NCBI RefSeq assembly: GCF_009914755.1
Contig: NC_060932.1
Source of the DNA: the human T2T-CHM13v2.0 reference genome, Homo sapiens
Length of the DNA: 64,000 nt
Strand: one strand, 5' to 3'
In this document: positions 22,875 to 41,599 of the stretch, piece after piece
How the letters are laid out: each line of letters opens with the position of its first letter
Numbering within the stretch: the stretch's first letter is position 1
Notes under the pieces: generated by a model
Told to the model about the DNA's origin: nothing
Seen by the model: only the letters and a program-made list of their open reading frames with translations
The model's database searches: none
Translations under genes and position numbers: made by a program

Positions 22875-23332
22875 AGGGGTGGTTGGAAGATAATGGTTCC
22901 CCAAGAATGTCCATGTTCTAATCTCCATGAATGTTACCTTACATGGCAAAAGGGGCTTTACAGGTGTGATTAGGTTAAGGATCTTGAATGATCAGGATGA
23001 TTCTTATAAGGACCACAGAGGTCCTTATAAGTAAAAGAGAAAGACATGAGTGTCAGAGTTAGGGAGAGAGGTAAAGTTGGCACACTGATGTCTTTGGAGA
23101 TGGAGGAAGAGGCCATGAGCCTAAAAATGCAGGTATCCTCTAGAAGCTGAAAGGGGCAAAGTAAGGGATTCTCTCCTAGAGCCTGAAGAAAGAATAACCC
23201 TGCCAACACCTTCATTTTAGCCCAGTGAAACCATTTCAGGCTTTTGATCTCCAGAATCATAAGGTGATACATTTGCATTGTTTTAAGTCACTAAGTTTGT
23301 CTCAATTTGTTACAGCAGCAATAAGAAACATA
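22875..23332 (+). mobile_element. MaLR LTR (MLT1D-like)
   Basis: ataatggttccccaag...gttaccttacatggcaaaaggggcttt...tttgttacagcagcaataagaaac. Confidence 0.85.
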
Positions 23333-23899
23333 AAAAAGGAAAAAAAAATACACACAAAGATTTAGTCAAATATAAATTAAAAAATTATTAGAATCAGCTG
23401 AATTATAAGTCAAAATTATGTAGAGATTTGGAAAAAAGATAATGCCACATATGCTCTGGTCATAAGGACTCATATGGTTGCTATAGATGGGCTGCAGATT
23501 TGGTTCTGAGCTTCTTGGCAGCCAAAGCGAAATAGAAAAACATAACTAGTTACACAATTTTCATGGTCTTTAAGGAAAAAATAAAGTTTGTAGCTTTCCT
23601 CTAACATGCAGCTCTAAAACACATTTCTAGCACAGAGTTTCATAATGGAGATATTGAGAGATGTCAAGCATTGTTTCTGTAGAAATATGGCCATACAGTC
23701 ACAGGTTTCATAAGGCTGTTTCTTGTAGTATCCTTCAATAAAGGTATCTTCATACCATTACTTATGAGACCATAATGATAAATTCAATGCAATAAAACCT
23801 ATTATTTAAGGCATTAAGTAATTGTGGTCCACATACTTAATTTGATCTAATTTAATACAGGATTGGGATCAAATCAATTTGGAAATTTTTGGATAAATG

Positions 23900-24130
23900 A
23901 AATTTACTTATTTTGTAAGTATATATAAGTAAATACACTGATATAAATATATGAATCAACATAAAAGTAAATATATTTATATATAACTAATACTATATAA
24001 ATAAAGCACTTTCATAAATTTCTGTTAAGTCATCCAGTTTGTGGCACTTTGTTATATTAATTTATATAGTATAATTTATATATAAATATATATTAACATA
24101 AATACATTATATATAACTGTATATTATAAC
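23900..24130. repeat. AT-rich low-complexity tract
   Basis: Almost purely A/T (tatata, taaata repeats). Confidence 0.7.
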
Positions 24131-24233
24131 AAGCTAGAAAACTCTAGATAATTTCTTTCAACTAGGATTTCTTCCCAACAGAACCCTGGGGAGCAAGGTG
24201 ATCTTTTCTTCCTTGTAATTGAAGTACATTAAT

Positions 24234-24254
24234 TGATTGATTGATTGATTGATT
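24234..24254 (+). repeat. (GATT)5 microsatellite
   Basis: tgattgattgattgattgatt. Confidence 0.85.
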
Positions 24255-24893
24255 TCTGTCTTATAAATGATGTAAGTCTATTTTGATTTAATTAGAACTA
24301 CATTCCTAAAAGGCTATGACAACTGAACCCTCTGTCACTTTACTGACAGGAGGCAAAAGACCTCATATTAATAACTGATGACAAATTTGGGACTGTACCC
24401 CAGCACCTATTCTAGGAACCTCACTTTTTTAGTGATTTCTGTTAGTCTTTGAAATTGGCCCACATTTCCTTCAATCCAAAATCATGTCTGAGTTTAGAAG
24501 GCCTAAGAATCAGAGATCCAGTTTTAAGCTGAGCGTTTCTTGATCTTTCTTCACCCAGGATTCCTGCAGCACAAAGGTGGAGTGTCCACACTTATTGATA
24601 ATAACTGTGCAAGTGCTGAAGCAGAGAGAGGGACACTAAGATGTACTGAAGGCCTCACAGAACTCCCTTGAAGTAGGAATTATGATCCTACTATACATGA
24701 GTAAAATGAGGCACACAATTCACAGGCAGTGGAAGCAGGGGTCAGACCTTGGTTTGTCTGCTAACAAATCTGTTTCCCACTATACTGCAGGGCCCACCTA
24801 CTTCTGGAGTGGCTCAGACACTGGGAAGAAAAACCTTGAAAAGGGCTGACTCTCCTCACACCTCTTCTATGTGACTATCTAAAATAACTACTC

Positions 24894-25402
24894 TGTTGTT
24901 TTGGGTTGAATTGACAAAAAAAGATGTTGAAGTCCTAATCCCCAGTAGCTCAAATCATGGACTTTTGGGAAATAGGGTTATTATAGATGTCCCCTGACAA
25001 AAAAAGATGTTGAAGTCCTAACCCCCAGTAGCTCAAATCAGGGACTTTCTGGAAACAGGGTCACTATGGATATAATTCACTGAGACTAAATTATCCTGGA
25101 GCAGGTGGGCCCCAAGCCAATATGACTGGTGTCTTTATAAAGAGTCTTGTGAAGAGGAAGGCAGAGACCCTCAGGGTAATGTGTCTACAAGCTCAAGAAT
25201 GCCAAAGATTGGCCAGCAAATCAGCAGAAGCTAGGAGGGAGGGCATGAAGCAGATTCTCCCTCGCAGCCCCTGGAAGGAACCAGTCCCGTCAACATCTTG
25301 AACTTGAACGTCTGGCCTTCAGAACTACAAGATGATACATTTCTGTTGTCTAAGCCATCTAGTTTGCAGTACTTTGTTACAGCAGCCCTAGGAAAATAAT
25401 AC
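24894..25402 (+). mobile_element. MaLR LTR (MLT1B/C-like) with an 83-bp internal tandem duplication
   Basis: tgttgtttgggttgaatt...tactttgttacagcagccctaggaaaataataca. Confidence 0.85.
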
Positions 25403-26439
25403 ATTTATTAACACAATTCCTTTTAAGCAGCTCACAAGCTTTCAATGAAATGGTAATTAAGACTCTAAAGCATATCAACCTATTTTTACATAGTAGTAAA
25501 CATATGAATACCATTTTTCAAAAAGGGGCTGTTTTCTATTGAAGCAGTTAATTTGGAGAAGTCTTTCTGAAAGGAAAGACTTGATCCAAAGCCTATAATT
25601 TAACCCGGAGAGAAGCAGTGAATGTGGGTATAGTGTGAATGGTGGAGGCATCAAGGTCCGACTCACATAGGTTCAGATCCCACCTGTGTCACTTGCCAGA
25701 TATGTCAGCCTAAACAAGCAGTGTTCATTCCCTGAGCCCTGACTTCCTCATCTCTGAATGTACCTAATTGTCTCCCTGAATGGGTCTGGGAGGATCAAAA
25801 ACACTGTGCCCAAAGTACCTGGCACAACCTCTGACCCTGTCTGCAGCAGCCATATGATGGCTCTCACACCTCTAGCCTGACCAGGCTCAGCTGCAGCACT
25901 GACACAGGCTCAGCTGCGGTGGCCATGAGGACTCCTGGACCCTTAGCCCTTCCAAGGGAACGGCTCACAGCATTACACTACAAGATCTAGTCCTATGATA
26001 GTCTGGGTCTCATCAGTTCATTTTCTAGGAAATCACTGTATAATAATGATCAGTTTAGGTTATGTATGAGACAATTTATCATTTATTCTATATTCAATTA
26101 CTTGAATCACTCATTCTCTTAATCTGAGAAATTTTACATTAGAAGAAATGTGTTCCATTAATCCAGCAGTCAGCAGTCTCTTGACTGCAGAGAACACAGA
26201 AGTCTAAGAAACAAACGTCCTTTGAGAACTGAAAAAATGCCTATTGAACAGGCGATGTATCCATGCATTCTCTTTCCAGGAACATGGAGCCACATGCAGG
26301 CTGGGAACTCTTAGAATTACATGAAACGTAACATTGCTATCTTAATATTCTCTGTTGTATGATTTCTCAAGAAATAATATTTTTTCCTCAGTTCTAAAAT
26401 TACTCGATTGGGGGGATATGGTATAAGAGTAACATACGC

Positions 26440-26989
<550 letters not shown>

Positions 26990-27215
26990 TTAAGTTCTGT
27001 GTGTTTTGGATGAGAAAGGTGAAAAGTATGCAATTTATTTTTCAGGGATTTATTAAAACTATTCAAACAATATTAAAGGTCTAGCCATTCAAATAATTAC
27101 TTTGGGCTCTCTGGAATATTCCATTATCTGAAGCAACACATTCACTGTTGCTGCCAGTAAAGCAGGAATTATTGTAGTTGCTCATGCTCATTTATCTGTG
27201 ATTTCTGCACCATTA

Positions 27216-27443
<228 letters not shown>

Positions 27444-30400
27444 TCACACTGGTAACAAAACGTGTGTAACATCACATAACAGAAGTAACAGTTGTAGTAT
27501 TTTCAGTCTGCTGATTTATTGCATTGCTCACCATGAAGTGATTCTTCAGAAATATCAACTCAAAGGCTTCATCTTAACTCATTTTTCTATCTCTGTCTCT
27601 CCTTATTTTCACCGTCTGAGTCCTTCCAGCCAGGGGAAATCACTTTCCCTGCTCACACTTACAAGGCTGGTTAATTTTTCTGATTTGGTCACTATCTGGC
27701 ATGAAAAAAGGAAAAGTAAAAGCTGCTACTATACTTTTCCAGTGGATGCTACCTCAGAACAAAACTCCTACTACAGAGGGCACCTGGAACCTGTCCTCTT
27801 GAGTTTTAGCAGGTAGGTGGGACATATTTCATCTTGGAGGGTGATAGTGGAAAGATTCTCCAAAAAGAAAGGCATTTCATAAAACCAGCGCATCCAAACC
27901 AATATTTGCAAAGTCACCTAGCAGAGAGAGAATGGCTCTAAGGCCACCAAGAACTGAACTGAAGGTATTAACAAAAGTGAAGAATAAGACGTTTTGATGT
28001 TCAAAGGAATAATAGAAAAAGGGTGAGTCACTGAAGTAGGGTTTTATAGTAAATCTGACCCATCCACCTTCATTACAGAGATAGCCAGATGCTATAGAAA
28101 CTTGAATGGAATCTAAATTTGAATTTGAATTAATCCCCTCATTCACATTCCATGCAAATTTGGAGGCTAGGAGTCCAGACTTGGGAATTAGACAGATACA
28201 AGTTCAAGTGCTTCCTCTACCTCATCCTTGCTAATGTGACCTTGGGTAAGTTACAAGCTTCAGCCTGCTCATCTATAGAATTATAATAGTATTGGTACCA
28301 GAGTCAGAAGTTGCGAAGATAATATACGATGACTCATGTAAAGCGCTTAGCATAATGCTTGCCACCTAGAGTGTCAGTAAACATGAGCTATGATTAGAAT
28401 AGCTCAATGAGCACTCTAATTACCATATGACTTCTCGGACAATGTACCTATGTGGAAAGAAGCAAGCACAGCTGTCTCATGAGCAGAAACCTTGCAGTTT
28501 CTTTCTATGAGCTAAGAAGAGTTGACCTAGTTTATGCAGCAGCCTTTGGGGGCTTGGTTCAATATAAGATTATCTCTCCCTATGACTGCCTCATGCCTGT
28601 GGGATTAACATGGCAGATTTTGCAACCTCCAATGTCTAGAAAGCCTTCCCCAGCTAATACCCCAGGTCCACCTTGTTCTGCATTTATGTCTTCAAAGTTC
28701 TACACACCCTTCCATTATCATTTCTTATTATATACTTTTTTGTAATTTTTCTGTGGCTATATAAATTTAGAGTGAATTTTGGTTCCTGATAGATTAACGT
28801 CACCAATATGAATTTGATTCAGATTGGTTCATAGCTATGCAACTGTATCACCTTTGGTGAGGTTTCCTCAATTCTGAAGGCTATATAATGGAACCAACTT
28901 CACTAAATGATGGTGTTCTCTCCGTGTTCCTAGATCCTATCACCTGACTCAATCTTGTCCAGAATTCCACGTTTTCCTCTTATTAAGTCAGATCCCAAGC
29001 CAATCTCCTCCAAATAAGTTACCTCTATCTTAGAACTTCCAGATATAGCACCTCTCTATATCCACCCATCCATTCATCCACCCATATAGGAGTTACAGGT
29101 TGCCTGCTAACATAGATGTTGCTGAGCAAGCTCTTTAGGATAAACTGATAAAAAAAAAAAATCATGGTCCCTGAGTTCACATTTATGTCTAACATAGAGA
29201 AAAGATAAAACGAGAAAAAAATACAAGGAAAAGAAAATTAAATGTGCAAACACAGAATCCAGAAGTAGGCAATGCCCATTAGACATTGTAAGCTACCCTA
29301 AACCTATATTCATTCAAGCCATTGTTTCTGGCATTCTACAAGATTTGCTTCTCTAAAGGTTACCAAAAACCATGATATTAGCAAGTCTAATAGACCTTCT
29401 TCAACCCACTTTTCACTAGAACAATCTGCTGCATATGGCACAATTTATCATGAATTATCTCTTAAAATTCTCAGCCATCTTGGTAACAGCGATACTACTC
29501 TCTCCTTGTTCTCCTTATACTGTAGTCTGTTCCTCTTCATCTCTTTTATAAACTTCTCTATACCTTCAATGGTGATATATCCCAGAGTTCCACCCTTGGC
29601 CCAGTATTTTCTGTCATCATCTTCTTGATGACAACAGTCATGGTTATTGGTTTAACTAACCCCAGATTCTGATGATTTCCAAATGATAACCCACTATCTG
29701 AATCTCGTACTCCTATTTCCAAATGTCTGCAAGACATATTACATTCAACATGTTCAAAATGGAATTCTCCCTATTTCCTCTTATTCTCCATTCCTCAACA
29801 CAGCTTCTCTGCCTTGTTTATGTCTAAACTCTTTTAATACCATCATTATTTTGGTTTTAGACATGAATTTGATACATCTAAGGGTCAAGTCATAAATTTA
29901 AAAGTTAAATTACTCTCTTAACTTCTTCATGTCATTAACCAAGCCCCAGAGACCTTAACTCCTAAATTTTATCATATATTTCCTGTCTACTATAATCCTA
30001 TTATCCATACCCCAGGTTCTTATCACCTTTTGCAACAAAATACATTAATAATCTCCTTATAAACTGATTATATCCAAGAATATAAACAGTTTGAAAGAAG
30101 GAAAGAATAGATAAAAGTAGGAAAAGAAAAGAGGAGTCTGGAACGTCTTGATGTACCACTAAGCAAGAAAGTACTCAAAGAAAGATAAGAACATTTTAAA
30201 ACATCAGAAGAGTCTACTTGGAAGGGTTTCTGTAGCCAAACCTGGGACACTTTGATCATTAAACTAAATAATAGTGGTAACATTGTTCATTGAATAAAAC
30301 AAGAATCCATGAGTTCATGCCAATATAAGAAATACAAATAAATTGGGGGAGAAGGCAAAGTTTTTTCTTAAAGTAGAATGTCATCTAATAAATATAAAAG

Positions 30401-31644
30401 GAATGATGGAATGAAAACAAGTCATTAGAATGTTAAAACCAGTGCATGGAAGTATGATGAGGAATAGGATATTTACATAATGTTCAAGTATCTTCCCACA
30501 AATTACTCATTAGTTAAAAGTGAAATATAGTAATGTTACAGTAGAGAAACCTGGTAGACATTGTCTTTTCTTTGGTTCCTTTTATGGTCATCAGATACTC
30601 TCTAACATACGTATTGTTTCATTTTAATTTTGTGTACATCCTTTGTCATACTTGATGTTCTTCTTTTTTTGTTTGAGTGTTTATGACCTGTCTTCCCCAT
30701 TAGAACTTAAGCTCCATGAAGAGGGGAAGATTGGCTTGTTAATTACTTTATCTCCCACACATAAAAGATTCCTTGGCGTGAGATAGAAGGTCAAGAAATA
30801 CTTGTAGAAGAAATGAAGAGATGGGAGGAGGAAGAGAGGGAAGGAGAAAAGAAAGAATGAGGGAGAAAGACAAAGAAGGAAAATGGGTAAGTGCAGCAGA
30901 TAAGTCAACAGGTAGATTAGTTAGTTGGCTCAGGTGAAAACTAAAGGACAGACAACTTTAAAGATAATTGAGCAACTGAGGGAAAAAATGGAATTGACAA
31001 GACTGAGTATAGGTGACTATTATAGTTGGACATTAAATTCTAGTAAGTATAATTACATGATATAAAATAAATAAGCACATGTAGGAAGAGACTCAATGTA
31101 GAAAAATGGTTAAGCAAACTCTAATACATCTATTCAATGTTTAATGTTATAAGGACATTTAAAATGATGGTTATGAAAACGATCACAGCATGGAGGAGGA
31201 GAGCTTATGATATAATGAAAATGGAAAAAGTAAGATATAACATCACCCATGTGCTAAAATTACAACAATGTAAAAGACAGAAAAAATAAATATAGCAAAA
31301 TGATAATAGCAATGGTGGAATTAAGATTAAACATCATTCTATTTTTCAAAATTTTGCAACATGGTTAGAGTTGAGAATTTTTTAAAGTATATAAATACAG
31401 AAAATACATGAAACTCATAGAAAACTAAGATATAAGTTAGCATAATTTTCTCAAATGTTGTAAGTATGCTCCAGGTATATAATATGCTTATTAACTACAT
31501 GGCTAATATTTATTTGCTGTTTACTATATTCAGCTCTTCCATACACATTATTTTATTCAATCCTAACATCATGCTTATGAGAGAAATATCACAATTACTA
31601 TCTTTATTTGAAGGTCAGATAGCTCAGTGTGGGCACTTGGCTCT

Positions 31645-32075
31645 GAGATGCCCATCATGTGCACTCATGCTATTTCTCATGGAGAGATGGCATCGAATCC
31701 TTCTCCTTCTCTCTGCATTGGGGCTGGCCCCAGGAACTTGCCTGACCAACAGACTGTGGAACCAGTGAAGCTCTGGGGCTGCCTAGATGTCTGAAATGCT
31801 CACACTGGAAGGATTGCCCTGCAAATAATTGCTCTGGGACATGTCAGAAGCCAGATCAAGTGTCTGGCTACCTTGACTCCACCACGCTCAGAGACCCTAA
31901 GCCACCTGGAGAATCGTAAAGGCAGTGAGAGAGAACAAAATCTGCTTCTGTGGAAAGAAACACGCCCAGAAGCAGCTCCAGATGGTAACTGAAGCAACCA
32001 TCTTGGAGGTGGATCCTCTAGCAACGGCTGCTTCCGGAATCTATCTGGCAACAGATACTTGCAACTGCAACGCAA
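31645..32075 (+). mobile_element. MaLR LTR remnant (MLT1G/H-like)
   Basis: ggggctggcc...cttgcctgaccaacagactgtgg...agccatcttggaggtggatcctctagc. Confidence 0.6.
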
Positions 32076-32179
32076 ATGAGCTAAGGAATTACCAAAGTTT
32101 ACACAGCTCCTAAATGGATGAGTTGGGATTTGGACCCAGGTTGGCCCACCTGAAGATTCTCTGAACGGATATGTTAGAG

Positions 32180-32507
32180 CAGCGGTCTCCAACCTTTTTG
32201 GCACCAGGGACTGGTTTCATGGAAGACCATTTTTCCACGGACGGTGGGGTGGGATGGTTTCAGGATGAAACTGTTTCACCTCAGATCATCAGGCATTAGT
32301 TCTCATACGAGCACGCAACCTACATCCCTCGCAAGATCAGTTCACAATAGGGCTCCGCTCCTATGAGGATCTAAAGCAGCAGCTGTTTGGACAGGAGGCG
32401 GAGCTCAGGCACTAAAACCCTCTTGGCCCACTGCTCACCTCCTGCTGTCAGCCGGTTCCTAACAGGCCAGAGGTATCGGTTCTCTACCCAGGGTTTGGGG
32501 ACCCCTG
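32180..32507. mobile_element. MER1B-like hAT-Charlie MITE
   Basis: Imperfect TIRs cagcggtctccaacc / ggtttggggacccctg. 8-bp TSD tgttagag / tgctagag. Length 328 bp. Confidence 0.9.
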
Positions 32508-33653
32508 TGCTAGAGAGTCTCTTTGCCAGTGTTAGCCATTTATTATTAAAATATCATCATCATCTTCACCTTAAAATTCTCATGCTACAATTCTGTGGAA
32601 CACATACTTAAGTCTGTAAGTAAAAGTAGTTGTCACCACCCAGCAGAGGTGTAGCCCAGGACTGACCTGCCTGGAATTCATGACACAGGTGGAGATGGAG
32701 AGACCAGCTTGGAAGAAGGCAGGAGGAGGCAGGTAGGATAAGAAAGGCCAGAGATTAGATGTGGGAGAGTTGGGGAGCAAGTGTAATATCCTCTCCCAAC
32801 ACAGTTAATTCAAAAGACCAGTCCCCGTAAATGGGTCCGTATGCCATATTTCATTATGATATCCTGTCAATGTCATATGAAAATACACGGAGGGTGGGTA
32901 GGAGAAAATTGAGAACCTTGCAGATGGTGTGAGAGAACAAAATCTGCATCGTCCACATCAGGAAGTCAATAGATGACATCTAAAATAGGAATATCAAGAA
33001 ACAGCAGATAAGCATGATGTAAGTGCAATACTTGGAGACAAGCATAATATTGAGTGCATTCGTTAGACACTTGTAATAGAAGAAGCAAAGGGAATTGTGA
33101 GTAGCTACCTCTAGGCAGTAGGACTTAGAGGTCTGAGGGGATTGACAAGGGACATAAGTATAGCACTGTGACCTTTTGAACTATTATATTACTATGCTAA
33201 AAATATAAATTGTGTAACAGATAAATATCCAGAATTTACAAGAACAAATAAATGCTTTTATATATTCTAGATTTTACTATATAGGTGAAAGAAATTCATT
33301 AACCTCACATCTTTAAAAATAATTATATAAATGAAAAGGGGAAACAAAATAATTATTTCTATTAAATTAATAAAAACATGGATAATATTAAATACATATA
33401 TCAGCAAGCCTGTGACATAAGAGTTATACCTTTCAGCATGCAGTCTGTCAATACATAAAATAGGCTTTTAAATTATTCTTTCCTCCATTGCTAGAATTTC
33501 ATCTGGGGAAAAAAATGTCCCAGCCAAATATCTCAACTGGAAACAGAGGTAACTCATACAAATCTGCTCAGAACAGTTATATTCATAATAACAAACGTAA
33601 TTAAAAACACCTCCAGCACCAAACAATAAGGTTGCATTTAAAACACATCAATA

Positions 33654-39830
<6,177 letters not shown>

Positions 39831-40921
39831 AAAACACATTAATAAACTTGACAATGCAGTTGTTAAATTATAAAAATGTAGGCTCAGGCACTATATGAAG
39901 GATGTGTACAAAACTATATCTACAAATAAAACAGTCTATATCTCTATGTTTCTATGTTTATTTTACATTGGCAAAAATGACAGATGAATTTTATAAATGT
40001 AGAAGATATATTTGGGGTAATCTGACTTAAGATAGGTTAGGTGGCATTTCTTAAGTTTAATTTAGGAGGCTCCGGAAGACATTTTAATTACATTTTTCTT
40101 TCATATAAGAAAAGACTGACATTTGAAAGCCTCCAATGAGGTGAAAATGTCATATATCTTTGGATGTTGCTATAATTTTGTAGATAAAAAACCCTCCAAA
40201 TGTTCATTATATTTTTCAAAGTGTCAAATCTTAATGTCTACTTGGCCTACAATTAAGAAATTAAACTACATTTGTCATCCCAAATATGAACAATTCTTGC
40301 CAAACTGGCCAAGCTTGAGAAAATCTCATCTCTGGAGTTCGGCACTGCTTCCTTCAGTGGAGTCCCAGCCTCTATCTCCTGTTCTGTGGAGATCCAGCTC
40401 AGTGACCCTCTGGGGTCTAAAAATCTTGGAAATCACCAACACTGACTGCCAAAGGCGGGTGGGGGAGCTCATGCTATGGGAAATTCCACCTCTCCTTCCA
40501 GGTTAGGGTAAGGGATGGAAAACAAAAGCACTTTATTCTACCCTGGTGAATCTTCAACAGGAGAAAAAGAAAAAAAAAAGGATACTAGCTATTTTTTTTT
40601 TGCCATCCAAGGAAAAACAGTAAAAAGCAAAACGATTTATTTTTACTTAAGCAGGTGGGTTGAAGGTGTACCCCCATCTTCCTCCTCTGTCACCTCAATC
40701 CCTTAAAATTAAACAAAAGTACATATTTGCCAGCAGATAGGATGCATTCTCCATTCCCACTATCCCCCTCCACCGCCCTTACCAAACAATCCTCAGGCTA
40801 CCCTACACCCAGTTCATCCGTGTTAAAGCTGGAAAGCAGAGCACAAAAAGACCTGTTCAGGTAAAAGGCAGGAGGGGGGTTGGCCTGCAGTTTGCCAAGC
40901 TCAAAAAGACAATAGTGACGA

Positions 40922-40937
40922 TGCTGCCCTCTAGTGG
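40922..40937 (-). promoter_or_regulatory. CTCF consensus motif
   Basis: Minus strand reads CCACTAGAGGGCAGCA, matching the CTCF core CCASYAGRKGGCRS, in apparently unique sequence. Confidence 0.7.
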
Positions 40938-41599
40938 TACATAAATAAAACAAATCACACAAACAGAACTCATACGGTGTAAGAATACTTACTTCACAAA
41001 ATTAACAAGCGCTGGACAACCCAGCCAAGAGTCCCAGTTTTAATTATTTCTTTGGCATTTTAGATAGAAACTTCATTACCACAAAACATGGACATACAGT
41101 AAATTTTATTATTCCATTTGTTCACAGGAGAACAGGGCCGTAAAACGTTAGCTGGGAGAGAGCAATGACTCCATTTCTAATGCAGAAAAATGCCAATGAT
41201 GAAAAGCATCATCTTGATCCCAGGACTGAGGCCAGGTTTGATGACTTTGGTAATGGTAATTTTTGAGAATGAAAAATAAAAATATATGATGTAGATTTAT
41301 GTAATTGTTAATAAAGAATCTTAATAGTCACTGGAATATCCATTTTTACCCTAGTAGGCAAATAGGCTAAAATCCACCATGACCTAAGTAAAGTCCTCCT
41401 AATTTCAGCTATTAGCAGATGGCATTGGGGTGGGGAGAGCAGCTTGTCTGCCTCTATTCCATGGCCCTGCACTCTAAAGTGAAGTCTGCTAGTCAGCACG
41501 CCCCACCCACTTGCAGAGTACACAGTGGCTCTGCCAGGCAGGCTGAGGCTGGATAGGCAAGCAGAACCTCACAACTGCAGAATAAGTCACACAAGCCAC

